The notes beneath the pieces are model-generated. The model saw only the letters and a list, made by a program, of their open reading frames with translations. It was not told where the DNA came from and made no database searches. This document shows, one piece after another, positions 29,313 to 39,981 of a DNA stretch of 55,249 nucleotides; position 1 is the stretch's first letter, and every line of letters starts with the position of its first letter. The position numbers and the translations under genes were made by a program. This DNA comes from an uncultured Lentisphaerales bacterium (GTDB taxonomy: Bacteria; Verrucomicrobiota; Lentisphaeria; JABSQK01; UBA12247), in assembly GCA_943788985.1 (NCBI GenBank), contig CALSSJ010000041.1, positions 1 through 55,249 of the forward strand, given 5' to 3'.

Positions 29313-31969
29313 GTCGGCATCCCGATGGTGTAGCGTGTTCCCTTGGGGTTCCCGCTGGTGCCTACCAGCAGGTATTCCTCGTTGCTACTGTTGCCGACCG
29401 TGAGCGTGACCATGGTGGAACCTGGCACCGATCCGACCGCATTGATCATCTCTCCCAGATTAATCACCAGCAAGCCCGCCACCGGCCGAGCCGAGCCGAT
29501 CAGCTTCAGCCCATTGTCGGCCCGCAGATAACTACGCGAAAAACGGGCCAAAGCCTTGGGCTTCAGGCAGTTCATCATCTGCCCAGTAGGCGCCGAAATC
29601 GCAACCAGATAGGTGGCCGAACCGATCTGAATGTGCAAGTTTACCTTTGCCCCAGAAACCTGCAACGGAAGCTCGAGAATCGGTGTCTCCTGCAAGTTTA
29701 CGGAAAACGCCTGCCAGACCCCCAGCGTGCCACCACTGACTGCATTCTCGACATCGGTAAGGGCCTCGCGGGTAGATAGCCGCACAGAGTCAGGATCGAG
29801 CGGCTTCCAGGCGCTGGTGAGGTCCCCATAATCCTGCCAGCTCACTTCCGGGTTGAGTGCCTGCCGTTCAGCAGCGACCGTCACGCGCGACACGGTGAAG
29901 GCGTTGGCGACAGTCCAGAGTGCCAGATGCCCGCCCTCTAGCGGCTCCTCATCCTGGACGTCAAACATCGTGCGGCCGTTGTAACGCACGATGACACGCG
30001 TGCCTTCCTTGCGACATTCAAAGTGCCACATCCGCCAGTGGACCTCATGGTGATTCGTACCAATTGGAAACCGAAACTCTCGATCGGTGGTTTCGGCAAT
30101 GACTACGCCCTTGCGCCGCAACTGCGTCACGCGATTATTATCCGCACCGAACATCACCGAGTAGCCACTGTTCACATCGTAGCCATTGGTACAGAATGAA
30201 ACGTTCAGGTCACGCCGAATATAATACTGCTGCTGAGAGCTCAAGGCAGCCGCCAGCGACAGATATGCATCCACCACCTGGTCCCCATGAAAGGATCGCT
30301 TGCTGTGCAGCACCGCCGCGTTCTGGCTCTTGCCAGCCATGAAATTCCAGCCTGGTTGACAGGCCCAGCGCGTGTTCATTCCAAAACCGCCATTGTGCCA
30401 GTACCAGTCGCTTGGTGCCTGTTCAAACAGCTCATGCCAAATTGAGTCACTGCGTAACTCGTGACGATCCGCAGCTAGTAACTGCTGACTGGGTGGGACA
30501 ATCATCAGATAGGCAGGCCCCTGATACGGTGCGCCCATGACCTGTCGCCCCTTGGAGCCGACGTAGTAGAACTGCCCATCGGCCCGGCCAAACTCCAAGG
30601 AGAGAACCATATCATCAGCTGGCAACTTCCAACTGCCACCTTCAGTCTTTACAACGTCCAAGCGCTGCAGCACGTCGGCTGGCTGCGCAGGGACTTCTTT
30701 CGACATCAGAATGAATTGATAGTCTCCAAAGGGGAAATCGGGCATCGACTGATAGATGAAATCAGCGAAAAGTGGAAGCCGAACACGGACGCGATCCTTA
30801 CTCAAGTTCAACCGGGAATCAACGCCATCCAGCTTGATAAAGGTATTCCTCCCGCGGGCCCAGTGTTCGAACTGAACGGGATCGCGACCTGAGACCGCCT
30901 CCTTCTTGCTGAAAGCCGCACTCTTGACAAAAAGCGGCTGAAGTCGCTTAGGAGCCCGCAGCGCTCGACACACCACGTCGTCCACTTCGATCCCCCGTGT
31001 ACTGGCAGTCTCGATCGCTAGCCCCGGCTGCACAACCCGCGGCAGCTCGACGCGCCCCAGCTCGACACCATCCAACTGGGCCACGGCCACGGTCCCATTC
31101 TCCACGGCCAGTCCTACCCGCGCCCACGTCCCAACGGGCGGGCGCTTGCGCCAAGTCTGCAGCGGATGCCAGGCCCCCACCTCGTCTTCAAGCGCCAGTT
31201 CCCAGCGGCTGCCATCCCACCCGAACCGCAATTCGTCCTCACCTCGCCCCTGAAGCAGATAGAATGGCCGAATGGTAGACGCATACCCAGATTCGCCGCG
31301 AAACTCTATACGAGCTTCAATCAGCAGGTTCCCCGCAAAGCGTGGGACCCGCGCATACTCCAGACGAGCAATCTCCTCGTCTCCGACTTGCTGGCCTTTC
31401 AACGTGAATGGATTGACCGCCCGCATGGCTGACGCGTCCTCTTCCCGAGAAACCATCCCGCCGCCGTGCTTCTCCATCCGCCAAATGCCCTGTTTGATCC
31501 GCCACTCCCCATCCGGGGCTAAGTCCTTCCGCATAAATCGGTCTTCCATCTGAAATTCCGAGAGGACCTTCTGCTCCGGTGCAGGCGCATCGACAGTCAT
31601 GACCACTTCGAAGATCTCCCAGCCATTCCCGGTTTTGCGGAGTTCGCACTCCTGCCGTGCCCCGCGTGTCAGCGCTAATGCGTCCGCCCACACGTAGAGC
31701 CGAGCATCCTGAACCGTTGCCCGTTCGCATGAATCGGATGAGCTATCGCGAAAATAGAGGTCCAGCGTCTCCGCCTCATAGACTAGCCCATAGTTCCCCG
31801 CTGGGATTGTACAAGAAAGCGGACGCAGCATCGCACCCAACTCCGCTAGCTCACGCTCCATCGTTTCGATCTGTCCAGGCTCAGGGTCCCGCGCTGCACC
31901 GACCAGCCGTAGGGCGATTGAGCCAGCCACCGCCGCCGCGATCACTCCCAGTATCCACCAGCGCTTCAT
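29297..31969 (-). CDS. Hypothetical exported protein with lectin/DUF1080-like beta-sandwich regions
   Basis: 890-aa ORF with an N-terminal TM or signal segment, overlapping the downstream gene. 'WHFECRKEGTRVIVRYNG...D.EPL.GGHLALWT' is ConA-like. Confidence 0.7.
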   Translation of the reverse strand: MKRWWILGVIAAAVAGSIALRLVGAARDPEPGQIETMERELAELGAMLRPLSCTIPAGNYGLVYEAETLDLYFRDSSSDSCERATVQDARLYVWADALALTRGARQECELRKTGNGWEIFEVVMTVDAPAPEQKVLSEFQMEDRFMRKDLAPDGEWRIKQGIWRMEKHGGGMVSREEDASAMRAVNPFTLKGQQVGDEEIARLEYARVPRFAGNLLIEARIEFRGESGYASTIRPFYLLQGRGEDELRFGWDGSRWELALEDEVGAWHPLQTWRKRPPVGTWARVGLAVENGTVAVAQLDGVELGRVELPRVVQPGLAIETASTRGIEVDDVVCRALRAPKRLQPLFVKSAAFSKKEAVSGRDPVQFEHWARGRNTFIKLDGVDSRLNLSKDRVRVRLPLFADFIYQSMPDFPFGDYQFILMSKEVPAQPADVLQRLDVVKTEGGSWKLPADDMVLSLEFGRADGQFYYVGSKGRQVMGAPYQGPAYLMIVPPSQQLLAADRHELRSDSIWHELFEQAPSDWYWHNGGFGMNTRWACQPGWNFMAGKSQNAAVLHSKRSFHGDQVVDAYLSLAAALSSQQQYYIRRDLNVSFCTNGYDVNSGYSVMFGADNNRVTQLRRKGVVIAETTDREFRFPIGTNHHEVHWRMWHFECRKEGTRVIVRYNGRTMFDVQDEEPLEGGHLALWTVANAFTVSRVTVAAERQALNPEVSWQDYGDLTSAWKPLDPDSVRLSTREALTDVENAVSGGTLGVWQAFSVNLQETPILELPLQVSGAKVNLHIQIGSATYLVAISAPTGQMMNCLKPKALARFSRSYLRADNGLKLIGSARPVAGLLVINLGEMINAVGSVPGSTMVTLTVGNSSNEEYLLVGTSGNPKGTRYTIGMPTWRGE

Positions 31970-32017
31970 ACCATTCTACACCCTGAGTCTGGAACAATTC
32001 CTGAGTATTGCGCGAGG

Positions 32018-32042
32018 GAACGGCCCGCGAGAAGGGCCGTTC
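32018..32042. terminator. 9-bp stem hairpin downstream of tsaE
   Basis: GAACGGCCC-gcgagaa-GGGCCGTTC, with no clear U-tract. Confidence 0.35.
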
Positions 32043-32122
32043 AGCCGAACAGTCATCGAATCACCAGTCTGTTACCCTAAGACCGCGTTGCTTCACGCGC
32101 ACGAGGAAATTTTGGACCGGGA

Positions 32123-32602
32123 CTACTGCTGCTCGCTTGGCTTGCTGGACGCCGGGCGCCCCTGCTGCTGCGTGATCCTGCGCTCGGTCTCCCTGACGCG
32201 CTCAAGCGTAATGTGGACCGTCTCTGCAGGCAGCAATGTTGGAAGTCGCTCTGCCCATTCGAGAATCGTGATCGCAGACCGATCGGCCAGGAAATCCTCA
32301 ATGCCAAAGGCGATTGCGTCGTCCTCGCTGCTAAGCCGGTATAGATCGATATGGTATAGAGTCCATACGTTGCCCAAGTATTCCTGAACCACAGTGAAGG
32401 TCGGGCTGGTGACTGCTGATTGGATCCCCAGCCCCCTGGCAATTCCTCGCGCTATCACCGTCTTTCCCGCACCAAGATCCCCGTGCAGAGCGATGACACT
32501 GCCGCCTTGCAGTTTTGCGGCCAGTTGAGTGCCCAACGCTTCCGTTTCCTCCGGGCTCCCGCAAAGCGAGACGATCGGCGCCTCAGGTATCAAAATGGAC
32601 AT
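32123..32602 (-). CDS. tsaE: tRNA threonylcarbamoyladenosine biosynthesis ATPase TsaE
   Basis: Motifs IALHGDLGAGKT, VTSPTFTVVQEY, LYHIDLYRL and ILEWAE. Confidence 0.95.
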   Translation of the reverse strand: MSILIPEAPIVSLCGSPEETEALGTQLAAKLQGGSVIALHGDLGAGKTVIARGIARGLGIQSAVTSPTFTVVQEYLGNVWTLYHIDLYRLSSEDDAIAFGIEDFLADRSAITILEWAERLPTLLPAETVHITLERVRETERRITQQQGRPASSKPSEQQ

Positions 32603-33014
32603 GGCGCTCGATCGCTGGATCTGCCAATTGACTGCGTAACCCGTCGAAATCCACTTCCAATGCCGGGGCACGGGCAGTGGGCTGGCAGTCGACCTCGACG
32701 ATATCGTAGGTATCTCCTTCCATCACCGCGTGTGCCAAAGAGGCATCGGGCAGCTTCTCAGGCATCCCGTCCCCACGAAGCTGCGCCAGCTGCTCTTCTA
32801 GCTGCTTTCGATCAGCCTGAATGAGTTGCTGCGCATTCAGCACGGCCCGCTTGACCGGGTCGGTCAGCTGGGCTTCGGCCAAGGTCAGTCGCTCCATCAT
32901 CGCAGGATCAGACGCGTCGGCCTTAAGCTTGGACAGCTTGCCACTAATCTCCTGGTCTGTAGCCCATGGGGAAACTTGCAATAGGTCGTAAATCTCAGAA
33001 GGGTCATCAGCCAT
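32583..33014 (-). CDS. Small J-domain-like (DnaJ-like) protein lacking HPD
   Basis: YDLLQVSPWATDQEIS and 'LTLAEAQLTDPVKRA' mirror J-domain helices I/II and IV. There is no HPD motif. Confidence 0.6.
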   Translation of the reverse strand: MADDPSEIYDLLQVSPWATDQEISGKLSKLKADASDPAMMERLTLAEAQLTDPVKRAVLNAQQLIQADRKQLEEQLAQLRGDGMPEKLPDASLAHAVMEGDTYDIVEVDCQPTARAPALEVDFDGLRSQLADPAIERHVHFDT

Positions 33015-33017
33015 GGC

Positions 33018-36000
33018 TTAGCTAATCTCCAAACGTTTGATCGTGCTGTACATCTTCCGAAACTCATTGGCGACGCTGACGCCGCTCTTCGCTGCAAGCT
33101 CAGGATTGGCCGCTGCCTCGCGCAGTGTATGGAGGCGCTCAACACTGCGTCCCAGCGGTATTCCAGGGGGTATCTTGCGCAACAGCTTGACCAAGCGCTT
33201 CGCCGCACCCGAGCGGTCGCCATCGGCACCCGCTTGAAGCGCACCCAACAGGTCGAAAATGAATCCCTGGCGGGCCTCTTTGTAATCCTGTGGTGTCTTA
33301 TACCGACTCCGGCATTTCCGCTGCACCTTAAGCTCTTCTTCCATCTCTGTGCCGGTGCCAAGCATTTCCTGCATCCGGGCCTGGACTGTAAGAATCGAAA
33401 GCTGCATGTCCCAAGTGTTGCCGTGCGGATGTTCGCCCAGGCCCTGCAGGAATTCCGCGAGAGAGGCATTGAGCTGCCCGACGATTTCCTTCATCTGGCC
33501 AGAACGCGCAGCGATGAATTCCAGCAGGGACAGATGCCGGTTAATCCCGGACTCGTTCATCTGCCCCAGATTCGTGATCGTGTAATTACGAAATACCGGC
33601 GCCAGCACCTCCCGGGCGACATCTGCGGTGAGCTGATGGGCCAGCTCTGGCGTCACCTCCGTCCGGTCATCAAGCAATGCCAGCTCGCCTGACCAATACT
33701 CGGGCTGGTTCATCACGTTGGCGATCCAATAATCCTGCCACGCCTTCCAAGTATCTCCCAGCCTCTCGCTGGCGGTTGCTTCATCTCTGGTGCCTAATAT
33801 GAAGTAAAGCGCGTTCAGATTATGCCGGAAGGTATGGCGCATCCCGGGATCTTCCATCGTCTGCATCTGCTCGGAAAGCGTCTCGATGCTCTGACTGACT
33901 TCTGGCCCGGTCTCCAGGGCTGAAAGGGCCACCGCTGCGCGGAGGGAGGCAGCGATTCTTTTAGCGTCACTTTCGGCGGGGAGCGCAGAAAGCAGGTCCA
34001 GTGCCGCCACATAGTCGCTCGCGTCCAGTGCTGCGCCAGCCGCATCTGCGGCCAACATCCGGTACAAGTCCGCGACTTTTTGACTGGTTTCCACATGTGG
34101 CTTAAGCACCCGAATCGCGACATCGATCGCACCACTTCCAACAGCGGCAAGCGCGTGGTAATAGGCTGCGTGGCCTTGCTCTTCCGCTGGCAGACAATCC
34201 ACCAGCTCCTGAATCCCTGTGTTATCCCGCAGATGGCACAGACACAGCAAGTGAGCCTCGATTACCTTCTTGCGAACTTGCTGCACACCAGGAAAATCCA
34301 TCTCGATCTCTTCGATGCTGCCAAGGATATCGGCACCTTCGCGTAGATTGCCTCGCGAGGCGTTGAGGTAGGCCTGGATGACTTGCAGCCCAGCAGACAG
34401 GTGACCAGGTAAATCATCCCGCGCGGAGAGCTCCCGTAAATGACGCATCCCGCGGATGTCGTCGGACATCCCAAATTCGGCAACCGTAAGATGGTAGAGA
34501 AAGCGTACATTGTCTGCGGTGGCTTCCATCAAGCGAGTCAGAGTCGCAGACGCATCAGTGTAGTTGCCCTGGTACAGATGACAGAGCGACAAGTAGTACT
34601 GATACAGCACCGAGCGATTTGCATCATGGGTCTGGATTTGCAGCTTGGCAATCAACTCTTCGGCATTGTCATAGTCATGCTCGGCCAGCATCCCAATCAC
34701 CAGACGGAAACGCGTCTCCTCGATGATCTCGGCGAGCTTAGGCGACTGATTAAGGCGATGTGCAGCCACAAACTCAAAGCAACGCAGAGCAAGCTTGAAT
34801 TCGCTCTGCTCGAAGAACACGACACCGATCGAATACATAGCCTCTACGCTATGCTCCTGCCACGACTTATCCGGGTGATTCCGTCCCAAAATACGCAGCA
34901 GCACAGCCTCACAGCGCTTCTGATGCGACAGAATTGCCAGCGTGTACGCGTAGAAATAGAGGAACCATGGGGGACTGTTCGCCGGTGGACTCGGCCCGCT
35001 CAAAGCTCCGCAGCGCCTCGTTGTACTCGCCCTTGAAGAAGTGAATGCGACCGACGTAGTTTTCGACCAGACGCGTGTACTCAATGGCCTCGCCAGCGCG
35101 CTTGAAATACTGCAGAGCCAGATCCGGGCTCTCTCCTTCAAGCTGCGTTCCCATAAAGAAATTTGCACTTGGGTGATTCTGGTCCGCAGCTAGCACCGAC
35201 TGGAAGTGACGGCGGGCCGCTTCCGGCTCTCCCTTCTGGGTCAGCACCTGTCCCATTCCCAGCAGGGCAGGAATGCAGTCCGATGAGTCCGCGAGCACAG
35301 AGGTGAAAATTCCCTCTGCTTCGGCAGTCTTGCCCGCACGCAGAAGCAGATTCGCGGCGACGGCCTGACCATCACTGTACAGGCGATCTCCGTTCGGAAT
35401 CAGGCCGACCAGTTTGATCGCCTTGCGATCTTGGCCCTGGTGGGCAAAACATGACGCCATGTAGTAGATCGCCTCTGTATCGTTGGGATCTCGTTTCAGC
35501 AACAGCTGGTACCACTCGATTGCGCCAGCCCGCTCTCCAGACCGAAAGAATGCCCGTGCCCCAAAGAAAAGCGCGTCACGGGTACGCTCCAGCATGGAGT
35601 TGAAACATTTTCCCGCCTCATCCGGACGACCAGCTTCGAAATGACAGCGCCCCAGCTGATACCAGAGCTTATCGCTACCACCCTGGGTCGCCAGACAGCT
35701 ACGGATGTACTGGCTGGCTTCGTCGTATTTGCCCTGAGAAAACAACAGCTCACCAAGAATCCGCCGCTGGGTAAAGACATCCGGATTTTCCGGATTCGTT
35801 TCCAGGTCTTTCATAAAGCACTCGATGGTCAGCTCAGCGTTCCCGAGCGTCAGCGCCACATTCCCCAGCTCTCTCATACACATGTGATAGCGCTCATTCC
35901 AACGCTCACCCCTTTACTATCTCATGCTCCAGAGTATTCCCCAGCTTCTTCAGCATATCCACACTCTTTCCTGGATTGGTCTGAGCGGTCACCGTAGCCC

Positions 36001-39000
36001 GATGAATCCGATAAAGGCTGTAGTCATGGACATATGTAAGGTCGCGCTCACGAATCCGAATGTCTGCCTGCATCGCCAAGCGCAGGTTCATAGAGGCCCT
36101 GAAACTCCCGATAATCGGAAGTCTGAACAACACACAGAGCAACTCTTGAACCGCGATCCAGCGTTCAAAGTAGATTAGTGGAAAGAACCGACAGGATCGG
36201 AGCGCGTAGGTCATCAAGATCACCCCAGGCAATATGAACCCGACTGCGAAGCCCACGATGAAGGGAAATCCGAGCAGGCAAAGCGTCGCTTGAATCGCGA
36301 CGTAAATACTGAAGGTCATGCCAAAGTGAAAAAAGCGGGTCCCAGCATGACCGCGCTCGCGCAGCCCGGAGATCACGCCCAGTGCCAGCCAAAGCCACAG
36401 GACCACTGCCACCCCAACCGCGACCCAATCCGCAATGGAGCGAACTTGCAGCGGACGCTTAATCCGGGCGAGTTCATAGCTCATGCGTAGCTGGTCTCGC
36501 TGGCCAGTCAGCCCAGAGGCAATTGCAAGATCCGGAAAATCACGAATCAGCTCGTCATATATCTCGAAAGCCTTTGCTGGATCATGGTCAGCGAAGCGCT
36601 CTGCGAACGGAATTTTCAACTCCACGTAGTTGCTGTCCAAGCCGTGCTGGTTGGCCATCACCGGATACTTGAGCGCCAAAGCCCTTAGCAATTCAACTTT
36701 CTTCGCTGGCGGGAGCTTCACCCCAGACTGCACCCAAGACTGCCGCCACATAGAAAACTCATGCCTGGCATCCGCGAGAAACGTGGACCATAGCCGAGCT
36801 ACTGCGAACAGATGCGGCATCACTTCTTCCATCTCAAGGTACTTTTCATAGGTCTGGATATAGGCACCGCGGCCCCAGGTCTGCCCCAGCTGATACCGAA
36901 TCTGTAGGCTGGCATCTTCAAGGGGCCTTCAACTCCGCCAGCGGCTTGGGAAAAACCCTACAGAGTCCGTTCAGAACCAGCCACTCATCATTCCGCTTGT
37001 CAGTCGTCTTACCGGCTGCGTGTTTGAAATGATACGAAATAATCTCGTCGTAAAACTGCTGCTCGATGGATTCCTTAGGATAGTCTCGCGCTAGTGTAAT
37101 CATGTCCTCGAGCGCGGGCTCATGTTCACCAGTGGCCCACCGACTCTTCGCGGCCTTCCGACGCAGGCGGAACAACTGATCATGTACACCGCACTCAATC
37201 GCGAACGCCTTATCATGACTCAAAGCCCGCCGGCAGAGATCTAGCGCGCCCTCCACATCGCCATTAGACTCGACCGCCTCTGCGACACTCAGCTGCAGGA
37301 CAATAAGCGAGCCCCTAACGGCCGGATTAAGCGCTCCTTGGATGGCTCCGTTCACCAGCTTCACCGCTCGTTCTGCCCGGTTTTCTCGCAAGAACAGCCG
37401 CGCCAGACGAACAATGTACGGCACATCCGCCTGAGTCACGGCAGCTGCCCCATCGATAAAACGCCGCTCCACCTCTGCCTGCGCCGCTGATGCGGACTCC
37501 GCAAACAATTTCTCCCAATGCGCCAGGTCGATCGGATCAAGCTCATTGCGATGCTCCTCAACCCACTGATTCAGCGAATCCAACAATCCCCAAGAAGCTG
37601 CCGTGTTGCCGACCTTACTAAGCTCCGCGTAGCGACTGCGGTAGGCGTACAGCGTGCGCAGCTTGCGCAGCAGGTTCTCGAACGTAGCGACGTTCATCCC
37701 AGTGCCCTTCAGCTTGCTGCCGCTCTCCTTCAGAAACTCGTCCGTACGCTCCACCAGCGCCTTCAAATCAGCCAGCTCTAGCGCCCGGGCATTTCGCAGC
37801 TCGTTCACCAGGGAGGCGGCCGTGGCGACGAACAATGTATCCTGAAGACGAGGCAAAATTTCCTCTCTCGGCAGACCATTTACCTGAATGGCTTCGATGA
37901 TCTCCTGGACGGTCACCAAGGCCAGCTCAGGCTGATTCCGACGCAACGCCAACTCTGCACCCAGAATCTTGTCCAGCAAAACCACAATCAAAGCACGACG
38001 CTCAGATGCCGTCTCGACATGATGCGTGGCCAACTCATCTGCTGCCTGAATTCGCCCTTGGATTACCTGGGCCTCATCGCCCCAGAGCCCCGTTCCGACT
38101 TCCCCCAGAAACACCTGACGGCTCCCAATCGCCCGCATGATCGCCACGTACTTCGTGCTAAGAGCAGGCCGATCCTTGCTAAAGGTAAAAATTCGATCCA
38201 CAGCCGGCTTCAGCGGCGGAATCAAGCGCTCTTTCAAGTCCGCAATCAACACGTCTACCAACGGCGACAGCGGAGAGTTGTAATTGCCTTGGCGCTCCCG
38301 GGCCGTTCTCAACTTCGCTAGCATCTTACGAATCGGCCGGGGATCGCCTTTGCGGAGGTAGGAATCCTCTGCATCTTTGCGGACTGTTTCCAGCGTTTCG
38401 CTCAGCTGTGTCGCAAATTGCGCTCGCATCCACTCCAGTTCCAGCATCCGCCGCCGTGGGACCTTGACCTCCTTGAAAAGCTCCACTTCCACACGCATCA
38501 GCTCATCGATCAACTCTAAGTCCCGCGGAAGTAGCCCTTCCTTGATCTGTTGGTCCACCCGCCGCATGTGCTCGATCGCTTCCAGCAATTTGAGAACGAG
38601 CGGGACCCGGGCAGCACGCGCCTTGTAGTGGGCAATTGCCGTCTGCAAGCAGCCTTTACGGTCGTTTGGCGTCGGCATCGCCGAGCGCAACAAAGGTGCC
38701 GCAGCTGATTCCAGACCCTGAATCTCCCGCTGAAGTCTCCGCTGGTAATCCTCGATGCGGGTCAGCTCGTCATCATCGAACAGCTTATCCAGAAGCAACA
38801 GCATGTCGTTCGCTGTCCGGCAAATAGGCGTCCAAGTCCCCGGCACTTGCACCGACTTCTTTGGGATCCTTTTAACCGCCTTGCTCGTCGCCAGCACGAA
38901 ATACAGCCGGTCCTCTTCGACCAAGATACCCCACTCCTTGCGACCATCGTCAAGTAGAAACTTCACAGGGCCCAAAGATTCCTGAGCGCAGACCGACAGC

Positions 39001-39050
39001 GCTCCAGCAAAAAAAGACAGGCAGATAACGGCGCGGACGTGACGCGTCAA
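33018..39050 (-). CDS. Giant (~2000 aa) membrane-spanning TPR protein, split by three apparent +1 homopolymer indels
   Basis: TTG start at 39050 after AGGAG, with a signal peptide. Removing one base at runs 36922-36925, 35909-35912 and 34969-34973 fuses ORFs 36918..39050, 35906..36832, 34909..35883 and 33018..35168. The result is a helical N-terminal region, 3-4 TM helices (~36100-36450), then TPR repeats. Confidence 0.8.
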
Positions 39051-39151
39051 GGCAAACTCCTAGGAAGATCAATACCTGCCAGTGCCCGCAGGTGCAATTG
39101 ACACATAGGACTATAGTATGTGCTTTTTCGAATGCCAACGAGAGGTTATGT

Positions 39152-39979
39152 GTGCTTTGGAATCCTGAAATGATTCGGTCACTCATGTACGAAGCCGGTG
39201 CCATCGCCTTGCGTTATTATGACTCACCCGAGATTCGCATGAAGGCCGATCGGACCATCGTCACCCAGGCCGACGGAGCCGTAGAAAATTTCCTGCGCAA
39301 CGCCCTGCTGGCTGCCAACCCAGACACCTATGTGTTGGGCGAAGAGTCAGAGGCAGAGATTACAGAATCAGACCTTTCCGCCGCACTCGACGGAACCCTA
39401 TACATCATTGATCCGATTGACGGCACCTCCCCCTATGCCCATCACCTGCCTACTTGGGGCGTATCGCTCGGTATGGCCAGCAATGGCCGCCTAACCGAAG
39501 GCGCAATCTACCTGCCAGTCACCGATGAACTCTACCTGACCCAAGGCGACGGGGTTACCTACTGGGCCGAAAAAGACAGCGAAGGCGTGCGACTCCCTCC
39601 CCCAGACCCGGCCTGCGAACTGTCCACCATGGTCGCGGTCTCACAGAAGACCGCCCGCCACGGAGGCGCTGGGTTCCCGAACCCAATTTTGGCGATATCC
39701 TGCGCAGTCTCGCCGCTGATGTCTGTCGCTCATGGTCGGGTCATGGCCTACTGCTCACGCGTGAAACTTTGGGACCTCGCCGGATCGCTTCCTATTCTCG
39801 AACGCCTGGGCCTTACCACCCGGCGCTACGACGGAACCCCGTTCACCAACGAGATCTCTCCGGAAAACTACGATCTTTCCCCGAGCTCCGAGACACGCTG
39901 GCTCCAGACCTCTCTATGTGTCTTTAGCGTCCCACAGGCCTACGACTATCTCAAGCCGTATCTCAAACCCGCAGACTGA
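39152..39979 (+). CDS. Inositol monophosphatase family protein
   Basis: Motifs VTQAD..VE, VLGEE, IIDPIDGT and KLWDLAG. Probable GTG start at 39152 after GAGAGG. Confidence 0.9.
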   Translation: MLWNPEMIRSLMYEAGAIALRYYDSPEIRMKADRTIVTQADGAVENFLRNALLAANPDTYVLGEESEAEITESDLSAALDGTLYIIDPIDGTSPYAHHLPTWGVSLGMASNGRLTEGAIYLPVTDELYLTQGDGVTYWAEKDSEGVRLPPPDPACELSTMVAVSQKTARHGGAGFPNPILAISCAVSPLMSVAHGRVMAYCSRVKLWDLAGSLPILERLGLTTRRYDGTPFTNEISPENYDLSPSSETRWLQTSLCVFSVPQAYDYLKPYLKPAD

Positions 39980-39981
39980 CG

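Noticed and set aside
1651..36925. Programmed frameshifting or phase variation in the protease and giant TPR genes
   Set aside because: All six breaks are fixed by removing one base from short 3-5 nt homopolymers, with no slippery heptamer or long tract. This pattern is best explained by sequencing error, and raw reads would settle it.
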